Positions 55,164 to 64,000 of a stretch of DNA of 64,000 bases are shown here, in pieces; within the stretch, counting starts at the first letter, position 1, and each line of letters starts with the position of its first letter. The position numbers and the translations under genes were made by a program. The notes under the pieces are model-generated. The model had not been told where the DNA came from, ran no database searches, and worked only from the letters and a program-made list of their open reading frames with translations. This stretch comes from Treponema sp. (lineage in GTDB: Bacteria; Spirochaetota; Spirochaetia; Treponematales; Breznakiellaceae), in contig JAISCR010000023.1 in assembly GCA_031265435.1 (NCBI GenBank), positions 8,799-72,798 on the forward strand, in the 5' to 3' direction.

Positions 55164-56174
55164 TTACTGATACCGCACACGCGGATCAAAGAGGGGATAT
55201 ATCAGATCGAGAATAAGGGAAGCGGTCGCAATGCCGATTATCGAGAAGATCGCAATCCCCAGAATAAGCGTATAATCGGTGCTGAGAATCGCCTGATAAG
55301 CCAGAAGTCCGATTCCGGGGTAGGTAAAGATCACTTCCAGGATCAGGGCGCCGTTGAAGATCATTCCGATGTTCAGGGCAAGACCCGTTACCTGGGGCAG
55401 GAGCGCATTGCGCATCACATAGCCAAAGAGGATCTTCCGCTCTTTAATCCCTGCGGTTTCCGCGTAAACCACATAGTCTTCACTGATTATGTTGGAGGTA
55501 AGGGACTTCATTCCGATGAACCAGCTCCCGATGCCGCCGACAACAAGGCTCAACGCGGGAAGGATGGAATGGTACAGCACGGTTAGGGCAAATTTTAAAG
55601 TATAGGAAGGCAGCATCCCCATGGGGTAGGCGCCCCGAATGGGAAAGATGGGCCAGATATAGGCAAAGAGAATCACCAGGAGCAGGGCCATGATGTAATA
55701 GGGAATGGGCCGTACCGCCTGGCTTAATACGTCAAGACTTCCAAGGAATTTGTTTTTAGGATAGTAACTGGCAAGGCCGCCCAAAAGGTTTCCCGCAATC
55801 CAGGAAATAATCGTAGCGGTCAACAGGAGCCCCAGAGTATAAGGCATTGACCGGGCAATAAGATCCATCACCGGGGTGGGAAAGGAAGACAGGGAACGCC
55901 CCAGGTCTCCCCGGAACAGGCGGTGCCAAAATTCCAGATATTGCTCCCAGGTCGAACCTCCGAGGCCGTAAAGCGCGGTAAGGGATACCCGGAAATCATC
56001 AAGCATTTCCTGCGTATACTGCATACCGCTGGTCATGGTCCGGTTAATCTGAGCCTGAACCGGGTCTGTAGGTGAAAGCCGGGGGATAATAAACGTTACG
56101 CTAACCCCCACGAAGACAACCATAATGTACTGACCGATACGAGGCAGCACATAACCCAATAAAAATTTTCGCAT
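55164..56174 (-). CDS. Opp/Dpp-type ABC transporter permease (OppB-like)
   Basis: 336 aa. N-terminal [21 protein letters not shown] is typical of OppB/DppB. Confidence 0.88.
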   Translation of the reverse strand: MRKFLLGYVLPRIGQYIMVVFVGVSVTFIIPRLSPTDPVQAQINRTMTSGMQYTQEMLDDFRVSLTALYGLGGSTWEQYLEFWHRLFRGDLGRSLSSFPTPVMDLIARSMPYTLGLLLTATIISWIAGNLLGGLASYYPKNKFLGSLDVLSQAVRPIPYYIMALLLVILFAYIWPIFPIRGAYPMGMLPSYTLKFALTVLYHSILPALSLVVGGIGSWFIGMKSLTSNIISEDYVVYAETAGIKERKILFGYVMRNALLPQVTGLALNIGMIFNGALILEVIFTYPGIGLLAYQAILSTDYTLILGIAIFSIIGIATASLILDLIYPLFDPRVRYQ

Positions 56175-56275
56175 CCGGTTTTCCTTTTTGTTTATACCAG
56201 GATAAAGAAAACTGTCCGGAAAGTTTTACGCAACCTTCCGGACAGCCGCCGTAATGTTAAAAACCCAAAACCGTC

Positions 56276-58201
56276 TTACTTTCCGGTGGGTTTAAGCTTC
56301 AGGTACATATACCGGGTATTCCCCCAGTTGGGTACCGGATCGGTGTAAGGATCATTCACATCAGGATAGCCGGTCCAGAACTGTTCATCCATAACGGTAA
56401 ACACATTATAGGAGCATACGGCGATCTCGAACATATCTTCCACCGCAACCTTGACAAATTCCCTGCCAAGTTCCACCACCCTGGGATCGTCCATGTCCAG
56501 TTTCTGGCTCTCCTCAATGATCTGGTCAACTCTGGGGTTCTTCCAGCGGGAATTGTTACGTCCCGAATTCTCCCCCGAAGGCCGGTACTGGTTGGAATGG
56601 AAGGCGTCCATAAAGTAAGAGAGGTCGGGGTGACCGCCCCAAGTTTCAACGTTCCAGAAGAATACACCGTCGTAGTCCCCGGTTCCGGCCAGAGTGCCAA
56701 AGTCGGAGCGTACATCAAGAGTCACGTCGATGCCAAATTCCTTCCAGCATTCCACGATCATCGCCGCGGCCCGGTTCTGGCTGGGTTCAATGTCGGTCTG
56801 ACCCATAAACGTAAGTTTGAAGGGCTTGCCGTCGTTGAATTCCCAGATACCCCGGCTGTTCTTGCGAAGTCCTGCCTTTTTCATCAACTTTTCGGCCGCC
56901 ACTAAATCGTATTTCCACCAGCCCGCGCCGATAAATCTCTTGATATCCGCCTGATTGGTGGGAACCATGTCACCCAGGGATTTCCGGGCTTCGTCGGCAA
57001 TAGCAAAGGCCGCGTTGGGATTATAAGGTTGATACCTCGTGCCGTCTCCCATGTCCAGGGTATAGTCCCGCAGCCACTGCTCAAGAGGCTCAAAATAATG
57101 CTGGGGATACATACCGGTAGGCGGTACGGGAAGTGCGGAAATGGTCATGGCGCCCCGGTAGGAGGCAATGGCCAGCCTGGTAATATCGGTAGCAAGCGCC
57201 AGAGCCCAGCGGACATCTTTATTGTTAAGTCCGGGTTTCTCATGATTGAGGATGCAGGAAACCAGCGTGGGATCCGGATGGCCCCAGGGGAAGTTGGGGA
57301 ACCAGGTCTTGGAAGTAGGATTGGTACGCTTCAGCGTGATGACACCCTCAACCGCCATGTCGTGAATTACGTCAAGCTGGTGGCTCTGTTGGGACATGAC
57401 CTTAACATCACTGGTGCCGGCGTTGATATACATGGCGTATTGGGGAGCCTGCGCCAAGCTGCCCATCCTGCCCAGGGTAGTACGCTGCCAGTCTGAACGT
57501 TTTTCCCAGAGATACCAGTTACCCTGGGGATCAAAAGACTTGAGCGTATAGGGTCCCAGGGAAAGAGGAGGATCAAAAAAGAAGGTTGAAATATCCGCCT
57601 GCTTCTCAAAGATATGCTTGGGCATGATATAGCAGGCGCCCCAACGGATAAGGAAATTGGAATGGAAGCGGGAATTGGGCTGGGTAAGGATTACCTTAAG
57701 CTCATAGTTGCTAACCTTCTGAACCTGCTTTACATAGGTATTAAAAACACCGGTATAGTGCATACCCGGGGTTTTCATCTGGGATTCAATAGTGAAAATG
57801 ACATCATCGGCGGTAAATTCTACACCATCACTCCAATAGATACCCGACCGGAGTTTGATGGTCATTTCAGTAAAATCCCTGTTGTAAATAGGTTTTTCCG
57901 ATGCCAGGGCATTTTCCCATACTCCGTTCACACCGGCATCAGGATCGATAAACCACAGAGCATCCAGCCCTAACTGCTGTAAACCCGTTGAGGGGGTCGC
58001 CCAGGAAATCCAGCGGTTGAAGTTGTTCGCCGGATTGGCGCGTCCCGTGGGATTTTCCATGATGACGGTCTGGTTACGGGGTACATTGGCGCCTTCGATC
58101 ATCTGAGTGCCGGAAGCTCCTCCCCTCTGAGCCCCGCCGCCGGCAAACAACGTGCCGCAGACAGCCAGGACTAAAATCGCAACAAGCAATTTTTTCATCA
58201 T
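56276..58201 (-). CDS. ABC transporter substrate-binding protein, family 5 (Opp/Dpp type); predicted oligosaccharide binder
   Basis: 641 aa. Signal MMKKLLVAILVLAVCGTLFAGGG. Size and position match an OppA-like component. Confidence 0.85.
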   Translation of the reverse strand: MMKKLLVAILVLAVCGTLFAGGGAQRGGASGTQMIEGANVPRNQTVIMENPTGRANPANNFNRWISWATPSTGLQQLGLDALWFIDPDAGVNGVWENALASEKPIYNRDFTEMTIKLRSGIYWSDGVEFTADDVIFTIESQMKTPGMHYTGVFNTYVKQVQKVSNYELKVILTQPNSRFHSNFLIRWGACYIMPKHIFEKQADISTFFFDPPLSLGPYTLKSFDPQGNWYLWEKRSDWQRTTLGRMGSLAQAPQYAMYINAGTSDVKVMSQQSHQLDVIHDMAVEGVITLKRTNPTSKTWFPNFPWGHPDPTLVSCILNHEKPGLNNKDVRWALALATDITRLAIASYRGAMTISALPVPPTGMYPQHYFEPLEQWLRDYTLDMGDGTRYQPYNPNAAFAIADEARKSLGDMVPTNQADIKRFIGAGWWKYDLVAAEKLMKKAGLRKNSRGIWEFNDGKPFKLTFMGQTDIEPSQNRAAAMIVECWKEFGIDVTLDVRSDFGTLAGTGDYDGVFFWNVETWGGHPDLSYFMDAFHSNQYRPSGENSGRNNSRWKNPRVDQIIEESQKLDMDDPRVVELGREFVKVAVEDMFEIAVCSYNVFTVMDEQFWTGYPDVNDPYTDPVPNWGNTRYMYLKLKPTGK

Positions 58202-58411
58202 ACTATTCCTCCTGAAAAGAATTTATAGTCATACATGACCATTAACAGCAGTATAAAAGTAGTTTTTTAATTTTGTCAACAAAAATATTATATATCACCT
58301 TTTTTGATTTATAAATCAGCTTCTTTTTTGAAGAAACACAATTCAGTATCGGAACAGTTTCCGCAATCTGTCAAGAAAAAACTCAGGGTAAGGTACAAAG
58401 CCTCGTTTTCT

Positions 58412-58470
58412 CTTCCTTTTTCGACTTATTCGACTTGGAGGTAAATTTTTTCTTCAAACCATGCTGCTAC
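58412..58470. repeat. dispersed inverted-repeat element, copy B (right-arm half)
   Basis: ttcctttttcgacttattcgacttggaggtaaattttttcttcaaaccatgctgct closely matches the right arm of copy A plus its flank (…cgacttggtggtgaattttttcttcaaagtgtgctgct). Confidence 0.65.
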
Positions 58471-58479
58471 CTTCAGGAC

Positions 58480-59925
58480 TTATTCCAAAAGTCCCCAGAC
58501 ACAGTACCCGTCTTCGCTCATGACACTGAAAGCGCGGAAACCTGTTTCCGCATAATCCCCGCGGCCTTCCGCGGCCTTTGGCTGACTAAAGACGAGGCCG
58601 TCATAGGGCTTGCCGTCCAGGATCAGTTCCATACGAAACCCGTCATAGATCCGGTATGTTCCCGAAAGAGAACCTGTAAGCGTACCGGCTTCCAGATGGA
58701 AGGGCAGCGCCTCCGGGCTTGCGGCGTTGGTGTCATCGCCGTGCGGGATAAGTTTATAGTCCCCGCGGGGCGGATCTTCAGGTTCAAACCGTTCCCCTCC
58801 ATAGCGCAGCGGCGAAATAACCGGCCAGCCGAAACGGTTAAGGGCAAAACGCCTGACATTCATGGTGAACCAGTAATCGGGCAGGGCGTAACTTCGCACA
58901 TGGTGGAGGATGAAACGATCTTCCCCGTCCACAAGCACACTGTTGTGGCCCGGCGCCTTATAGCCCCCGGTCTCCGCCGTCCCTGAATCGGGATCAAAAT
59001 TATAGCCGCCCATAAGTTTTACCCCTACCCTTCCCGCCCTTGCCAGCGCAGCATTGTTCATGTCACGGCCCTGCGCGTCCAGGTAGGGGCCGTCGATGCG
59101 CCGGGAACGGGCAAGCCTTATATTGTAATCCTTCGACAGGGAACCGTATGAGACAAAGAGATAGTAATAATCCGTTTCGGGAAAATACACAATTGCCGCG
59201 CCTTCCACGGCGGCGTGATTCCCTCCGGCGATTTTGACCGGCTCCGCGGCGTCCCTGAAAAAGCCGGTTTTCCCGTCAAGTTCCGCAAGCCAGATACCGC
59301 CGAAGAAGGAACCGTAGGCCAGGTAGAGCCCGCCCTCTTTGGAGCGGACAAGGGCAGGATCGATGGCGTTGGGGCCCGGGCCCGCGCTGCTTTTTACGAC
59401 TATTCCTTTATACGTGTAGGGGCCTTCTATATTTTTTGATTCGGCAAGGGCAATGCAGGATTTCTGCGAACCGAACGTGGAGGCCGAAAAGTACAACCTG
59501 TACCGTCCGCCGCTTTTTATAATATCGGGCGCCCAGAGTCCGTCATGGTTTGGGAGCCAAAGCCCCGCGTAAGCAATCGGTTCGGCACAGTCGTTTTTGA
59601 AGTCCCTGAACGCGGCGCCCCTGTACTCCCAGGTAACAAGATCTTTTGAACGGCGTATCTGCACACCCAGGGGATGACGGTTACCGTTGGAGGCATCGGT
59701 GGAGAACACGTAGTAATAACCGCCGTCCTTGATAACGGAAGGATCGTGAACATTGAGTTCCCCCCAGAGGGAACTGTCCGCGGCGATTGCATCATCCCCT
59801 AGGGGCCTGAAGCCCGAATAGGGAAGGACAGCCGCCTTTTCCGTACAGCCGGTCAGGAGAACCGGCAAGGCAGCCAGGGCGGCGGCGATGATCCTTCTTA
59901 TAAACCCCGCCTGCGAATCAGTCAT
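58480..59925 (-). CDS. GH43 arabinanase/arabinofuranosidase lipoprotein
   Basis: I chose the start at MTDSQAGFIRRIIAAALAALPVLLTGC (lipobox, ATG 59925). NVHDPSVIKDGGYYYVFST, LWAPDI, VEGAAIVYF are five-bladed-propeller GH43 motifs. Confidence 0.85.
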   Translation of the reverse strand: MTDSQAGFIRRIIAAALAALPVLLTGCTEKAAVLPYSGFRPLGDDAIAADSSLWGELNVHDPSVIKDGGYYYVFSTDASNGNRHPLGVQIRRSKDLVTWEYRGAAFRDFKNDCAEPIAYAGLWLPNHDGLWAPDIIKSGGRYRLYFSASTFGSQKSCIALAESKNIEGPYTYKGIVVKSSAGPGPNAIDPALVRSKEGGLYLAYGSFFGGIWLAELDGKTGFFRDAAEPVKIAGGNHAAVEGAAIVYFPETDYYYLFVSYGSLSKDYNIRLARSRRIDGPYLDAQGRDMNNAALARAGRVGVKLMGGYNFDPDSGTAETGGYKAPGHNSVLVDGEDRFILHHVRSYALPDYWFTMNVRRFALNRFGWPVISPLRYGGERFEPEDPPRGDYKLIPHGDDTNAASPEALPFHLEAGTLTGSLSGTYRIYDGFRMELILDGKPYDGLVFSQPKAAEGRGDYAETGFRAFSVMSEDGYCVWGLLE

Positions 59926-61534
59926 ACCGCTTAAGCCGTATGCAGTTCCACGAGAGCTTCTTTGCCGTTGTAGACATTCTGCCGTTTTCGAGTGTGCTTC
60001 CGGCGGCCGCCCTTGGCTTGAGAACTTCCTGATTTTCAAAACTATTGCGGGCATCAAGATCGTTTGTATACATTTCCGTATGTTCAAGAAGTTTATAGCC
60101 TTCAAAGCCGCGCAGATCCAATTCAACGGGAATGTCATCCTGTTGATCCTTGTTGATATAAAATATCGCGGCCTCCCCCGTTTCATCATTGACTGTGGCG
60201 GCGCCTTCAATAAGCTGAACATTCCCGCAGGCCGGATTCTCGTGCCAATAATCGGTTTTTGTCTGTTCCACGTCATGGACAGAGCCGTCAATAATGGGCA
60301 TGACCGAATACCCCTGACCAAATTTGTTAAGCTGCTCGTAGGCGTAGTAAGCCGCCGTCTTCCAGGCATGATCTTTATCAATCCGCAAAACATGCTGGAG
60401 AAATCCCGTAAGGCAGCCGATTTTTACCCGGTCCGCGTGGCGAAGCAGGGTCATGGTGATTGCGTTGAGAGCAAGGGCTTCCAGCATCTGGCTGTTTTTC
60501 CGGGGGCCGGCGGTTTGCCCGTCATAGGCGCAGTCATCAAAACGCCTGAAAGGCCCGGCAAGATGTTCCGCGCTGAATTCCATGATGTTACTCCGCCTGC
60601 CGTTGTACCAGTAAATGGGATCGGCCGGTTTGGCCTGGTGGGCGCCGTATTCATCAAAGGATATCATCATGGTTTTGGGACTTTTGATTTTGGTTTTCAT
60701 AAAATCGCAGCCGGCTATGGTTGTCTTTATAAAATCCTCAAAAGATTGGGATACGTTAAGCAAGGCATCAATGTTTCCTTCAGGAGCGCTGTAATAGTGA
60801 TGAATCGAAACATAATCGACGCTTTCATAGCATTGTTCAAGGACATCTATATCCCATTGGGGATATGTCGCCGTATGGGGAGAACATGATCCGCACACCA
60901 CTGTTTCGCAGGACGGATTAATCCATTTTATTATTTTGGCTGTTTCGTGCGCCCTGACCCCGTAGCCCTTGGGATCTTTTTCCCAGGAAGCTATCTGCCA
61001 GGGGCCGTCCATCTCGTTGCCAAGACACCATGTCCTGACAGGATACGGATCGGGATGACCGTTTTTCTTTCTGAGTTCCGACCAGTAGGTTCCGCCCGGG
61101 TGCAGGGAATAATCGACGCAATGAAAGGCGCTGGCAAGATCGGCGCTGCCCAGGTTTAAAGTATAAATGGGATCGACACCGGCCCGCTTTGACCATTCCA
61201 GGTACTCGTCATGACCGATAGCATTGGTCTCCACCTGCCGCCAGGCCAAATCCAACTGAGTCCGCCTTTCGGAACGGGGCCCGATGGAATTTTCCCATTC
61301 CCAGCCCGAAGTCCAGTTGCCTCCGGGAAGCCTGACCTGGGAAAGGCCAAATTCTTTTATCAGCTTTAGCACATCTTTTCTAAAACCCATGTCATCGGCT
61401 TCAGGGTGCTTCGGGTTCCAAACCGCGCCATATACCCAATGACGTATCGGTTCCAGAAACGCGCCATAGAGCCGTTTGTCTACTTTTCCGATCCTATAAT
61501 CGGGGTGAACGGTTATTTTCGCGCTTTTTGCCAT
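59918..61534 (-). CDS. alpha-L-arabinofuranosidase, GH51 (paralog 3)
   Basis: 538 aa. [47 protein letters not shown]. Confidence 0.9.
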   Translation of the reverse strand: MAKSAKITVHPDYRIGKVDKRLYGAFLEPIRHWVYGAVWNPKHPEADDMGFRKDVLKLIKEFGLSQVRLPGGNWTSGWEWENSIGPRSERRTQLDLAWRQVETNAIGHDEYLEWSKRAGVDPIYTLNLGSADLASAFHCVDYSLHPGGTYWSELRKKNGHPDPYPVRTWCLGNEMDGPWQIASWEKDPKGYGVRAHETAKIIKWINPSCETVVCGSCSPHTATYPQWDIDVLEQCYESVDYVSIHHYYSAPEGNIDALLNVSQSFEDFIKTTIAGCDFMKTKIKSPKTMMISFDEYGAHQAKPADPIYWYNGRRSNIMEFSAEHLAGPFRRFDDCAYDGQTAGPRKNSQMLEALALNAITMTLLRHADRVKIGCLTGFLQHVLRIDKDHAWKTAAYYAYEQLNKFGQGYSVMPIIDGSVHDVEQTKTDYWHENPACGNVQLIEGAATVNDETGEAAIFYINKDQQDDIPVELDLRGFEGYKLLEHTEMYTNDLDARNSFENQEVLKPRAAAGSTLENGRMSTTAKKLSWNCIRLKRYD

Positions 61535-61585
61535 AAAATCCTCCCGGTATCTTGATTAGTCTAAAAATATGGATAAGAATAATTA

Positions 61586-61663
61586 ACCGCTAAGTCGAAT
61601 AAGTCAAAGAAGTAGAAGAAGGAAAGCTAAAAACGCTTCTTTTTTCTTAACTTTTCGACTTTT
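61586..61663. repeat. dispersed inverted-repeat element, copy C (left arm plus truncated right arm)
   Basis: ccgctaagtcgaataagtcaaagaagtagaagaaggaaag...acgcttc matches the left arm and centre of copy A. It is followed by aacttttcgactttttt. Confidence 0.65.
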
Positions 61664-62494
61664 TTACTCCTTCACGCTGGAAAACATGACCGACGCTATG
61701 ATCCACTTTTGGAAAATTCCGTAAATGATCAGTACCGGAGCCAGCAGCACCAGGGAGCCTGCCATCATCCGGGGTATGTGAGTGTTCACGGTATACTGGG
61801 CGTTGAATTTCGCTATCAGCACGGTTACCGGCTCCCAGACCTGGTTTCTGATAAAGATCGTGGGGCCCAGATAGTCGTTCCACGCGCCGATGAACCAGAG
61901 CACCCCGTGGGCCGCCAGGGCAGGTCCCACCAGGTGCAGGATGATGCGGCTATATATTTGGAAATAATTACAACCGTCTATCTTTGCCGCCTCGATCACC
62001 GAATCGGGGACGCTGGACATATACTGTTTGATAAAGAATATCATCAGCACGTTTCCCGTCAGCTTGGGCAGGATCAGGGGCCAGGGGCTGGTGAGGAGCC
62101 GCAGGGTATTGAACAGCACAAACTGGGGGATCATGATCGTGGGAAAGGGGATCATGATCATCGAGAGAAGGATGAGAAACACGGCGTTCCTGCCCTTAAA
62201 GCGGATCTTTGCCAGGGCAAAGGCCGCCGCCACGGATACCAGTGATCCTACTACCACCGGGGGCCCGGCGTAGAGGATGGTGTTGAGGAAGCCCCGGAGC
62301 AGGGGTATCTCCTTCCATATTTGGGTATAGCTGGAAAAATCCCAGGTTTGGGGTAAAAGCCCCCCCAGATAGATGTGCATCTTCGGCTTCATTGAGGTGA
62401 AGATCATCCAGATGAAGGGGTAGAGCATGACGACCGAACAAAAAGCCAAAAATAAAAAAATGAGGATGTCAGCGGCCAGCTTGAGTTTTTTCAT
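61664..62494 (-). CDS. carbohydrate ABC transporter permease (MalG/CUT1 type)
   Basis: 276 aa, 6 TM. EAA loop VIEAAKIDGCNYFQIY. Confidence 0.9.
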   Translation of the reverse strand: MKKLKLAADILIFLFLAFCSVVMLYPFIWMIFTSMKPKMHIYLGGLLPQTWDFSSYTQIWKEIPLLRGFLNTILYAGPPVVVGSLVSVAAAFALAKIRFKGRNAVFLILLSMIMIPFPTIMIPQFVLFNTLRLLTSPWPLILPKLTGNVLMIFFIKQYMSSVPDSVIEAAKIDGCNYFQIYSRIILHLVGPALAAHGVLWFIGAWNDYLGPTIFIRNQVWEPVTVLIAKFNAQYTVNTHIPRMMAGSLVLLAPVLIIYGIFQKWIIASVMFSSVKE

Positions 62495-63395
62495 TCCGGT
62501 TCCCCCAGCCGTTTACGGTAATCTGAATCACCGTCAGAATAAATACGATGATTCCCAGCACAATCGCTACGGCGGAACCATAGCCTGCCCGGGAATTGCG
62601 GAAGGTGTGATCGTAGAGGTGGATCACCGTACTAAAGGTGCTGTTCCCCGGCCCGTTGCCGGTAAACATGAGCCGGGGTTCCACATATATCTGAGCCCCG
62701 CCGATCACCCCGGTAACCAGCATGTAAAAAGTTACCGGCATAAGAAGGGGAAGGGTGATGTGGAAGAAGGTGTAGATAACCCCGGCCCCGTCGATGCGGG
62801 CGGCCTCGTAGTAGGTGGGGGATATGCCCTGCATCCCGGCGATATACAGGATGATGGTTCCCCCCAGACCCTTCCAGACCGCCAGGATGATGATCACCCA
62901 CTTGGTATAATGGGGATCCATGAGCCAGCGGGGAGGATTCTTCACCCCTATCATGGAAAGAAAACCGTTCACCGCCCCGCCGTCGGTCATAAAGAGATAC
63001 TGGAAGATAAAACTTACCGCCACCGTGCTGGTGATCACCGGAACGTAGTAGATTACCCGGAACAGGTTTTCCCAGACCGTGCCCCGGTTCATCAGGGAGG
63101 CGAAGAACAGGGCCAGGATAATGCCGATGGGGATGCCGATCATGTAGAAAAAGGTGTTGGAAAGGCTCTTCCAGAACAGCTTGTTGTTAAACATATCAAT
63201 GTAATTTTTAAGGCCCGCGAATTTCGCGCTGAAGATCGGCTGGCCCAGGGGCCAGGAGGTCAGGCTGGCGTACACGGACATGGCAAAGGGGATGATCACG
63301 AATACCGCCATGCCGATGAGGGGTATGGCGACAAAGGCGTAACCCCAAAGATTTTCCGTAAACCCAAGACTCCCGGGACGGCCGTTTTTACTCAT
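62469..63395 (-). CDS. carbohydrate ABC transporter permease (MalF/CUT1 type)
   Basis: The start at MSKNGRPGS (63395) abuts the upstream stop. EAA loop YYEAARIDGAGVIYTFF. Confidence 0.9.
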   Translation of the reverse strand: MSKNGRPGSLGFTENLWGYAFVAIPLIGMAVFVIIPFAMSVYASLTSWPLGQPIFSAKFAGLKNYIDMFNNKLFWKSLSNTFFYMIGIPIGIILALFFASLMNRGTVWENLFRVIYYVPVITSTVAVSFIFQYLFMTDGGAVNGFLSMIGVKNPPRWLMDPHYTKWVIIILAVWKGLGGTIILYIAGMQGISPTYYEAARIDGAGVIYTFFHITLPLLMPVTFYMLVTGVIGGAQIYVEPRLMFTGNGPGNSTFSTVIHLYDHTFRNSRAGYGSAVAIVLGIIVFILTVIQITVNGWGNRNEKTQAGR

Positions 63396-64000
63396 TGATT
63401 CGGGTTTAACGCCGCCTCGTCGGCAATGGCCTGATCCAGCAGTTCCTGGGCGTTTGCCTGGATACTCCGGCAATAGGCCGCAACGCTCATGGGCGGAAAA
63501 CCGTTATCGATTTTTTCGTAGTAAGCCCAGACACTTCCGAGGCCCGCGACAAAGCCGTCCCCGTGCCACATGCCGTTGAAGGTATAGGTGGTGGGAACCC
63601 GTTTTCCGTTCTGGCCGGAAAGCATGTTCACAAAGACCTTACGGGATTCGGGAACATAGCTGTCGTCGCTCAGGAACTCCCCTTCGGCCATAGCCTTGAT
63701 ATTGGGGAGCTGCCCTCCCCGCTTAGCCAGGAAACGCTGGACTTCCTCGTCGGCGCTGAGGGTATAGGCCAGTTTGGCGGCCAGATCCTTGTGGGAGGAC
63801 TGGCTGGATACCGCGTAGCCCACGGAGTCTACCCGGCCGAACCACTTGTCCTGCCGTTCCGCGATAGACAGATTCTTGTAGGAATCGCTGATGGGCCAGG
63901 CGGCCACGTCAAAGTCGAACCAGGACTTGCCGGGGTTTACCGCCTCGTCATCCTCTATGGCCTGAAAGGCCCCTACATCCCAGGTACCGCAGGGGAAGTA
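63392..64000 (-). CDS. extracellular solute-binding protein (family 1, CUT1), C-terminal part; the gene continues beyond the window
   Basis: The frame is open from 64000 down to the stop at 63392 by my own translation (YFPCGTWDVGAFQAIEDDEAVNPGKSWFDFDVAAWPI...). Its position upstream of the two CUT1 permeases fits. Confidence 0.8.
   Translation of the reverse strand, partial: YFPCGTWDVGAFQAIEDDEAVNPGKSWFDFDVAAWPISDSYKNLSIAERQDKWFGRVDSVGYAVSSQSSHKDLAAKLAYTLSADEEVQRFLAKRGGQLPNIKAMAEGEFLSDDSYVPESRKVFVNMLSGQNGKRVPTTYTFNGMWHGDGFVAGLGSVWAYYEKIDNGFPPMSVAAYCRSIQANAQELLDQAIADEAALNPNQ

Noticed and set aside
58435-58986. 183-aa plus-strand ORF starting MEVNFFFKPCC
   Set aside because: Its start is encoded by repeat copy B, just as the similar NFFFKVCC peptide comes from copy A. 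The rest is antisense to the GH43 gene. The similarity is at the nucleotide-repeat level and does not indicate coding.
59926-60393. 156-codon N-terminal extension of the GH43 ORF
   Set aside because: It overlaps the 3' part of GH51 paralog 3 in another frame. A lipoprotein signal begins at the internal Met (59925), which gives a typical 8-nt gene overlap.

Overview
This 64-kb window comes from a roughly 55-60% GC chromosome and is almost fully coding. I infer a spirochaete-like (Treponema-type) origin from the FabV/TER-type enoyl reductase N-terminus and the many lipobox lipoproteins; this is not proven. I saw no rRNA, tRNA, CRISPR array, transposase or integrase.

Contents from left to right:
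1. A glucosaminidase-domain gene that may be cut by the window edge, plus a convergent lipoprotein gene.
2. A tightly coupled plus-strand fatty-acid cluster, fabH-fabD-fabG-fabF-fabZ-fabV-accB-accC-accD-accA (1.9-11.1 kb), with no acpP.
3. A ~23.7-kb minus-strand array (34.8 kb down to 11.1 kb) whose gene junctions mostly overlap or abut. It encodes three lipoproteins (one TPR), a TolC-like outer membrane protein, an RND adaptor, two paralogous Ig-like lipoproteins and two tandem RND permeases. It ends with a lower-GC 2,972-aa secreted giant protein and a secreted FGE/SUMF1-domain protein. The giant protein has a long helical region, a Gly-rich hydrophobic segment, acidic tandem repeats and a C-terminal Cys/His/Asp domain.
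4. An AT-rich islet with a Phd/YefM-like antitoxin fragment.
5. An AraC regulator, a ribose-type ABC transporter and two paralogous unknown enzymes.
6. A low-GC islet (43.1-45.6 kb) with an orphan ParD-like antitoxin and a translationally coupled ABC/AAA_21-type ATPase plus DUF4276/Toprim-like protein. This is my best candidate for an uncharacterised defence-type system.
7. A signal-less TolB-like beta-propeller gene.
8. A minus-strand arabinan/arabinose locus: araD, araB, three GH51 paralogs, a GH43, a DUF6171-like Cys-rich ORF, an Opp-type ABC transporter and a CUT1-type ABC transporter.

A dispersed inverted-repeat element occurs in at least three intergenic sites. All family assignments rest on motif recognition by eye. 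No database search was run.
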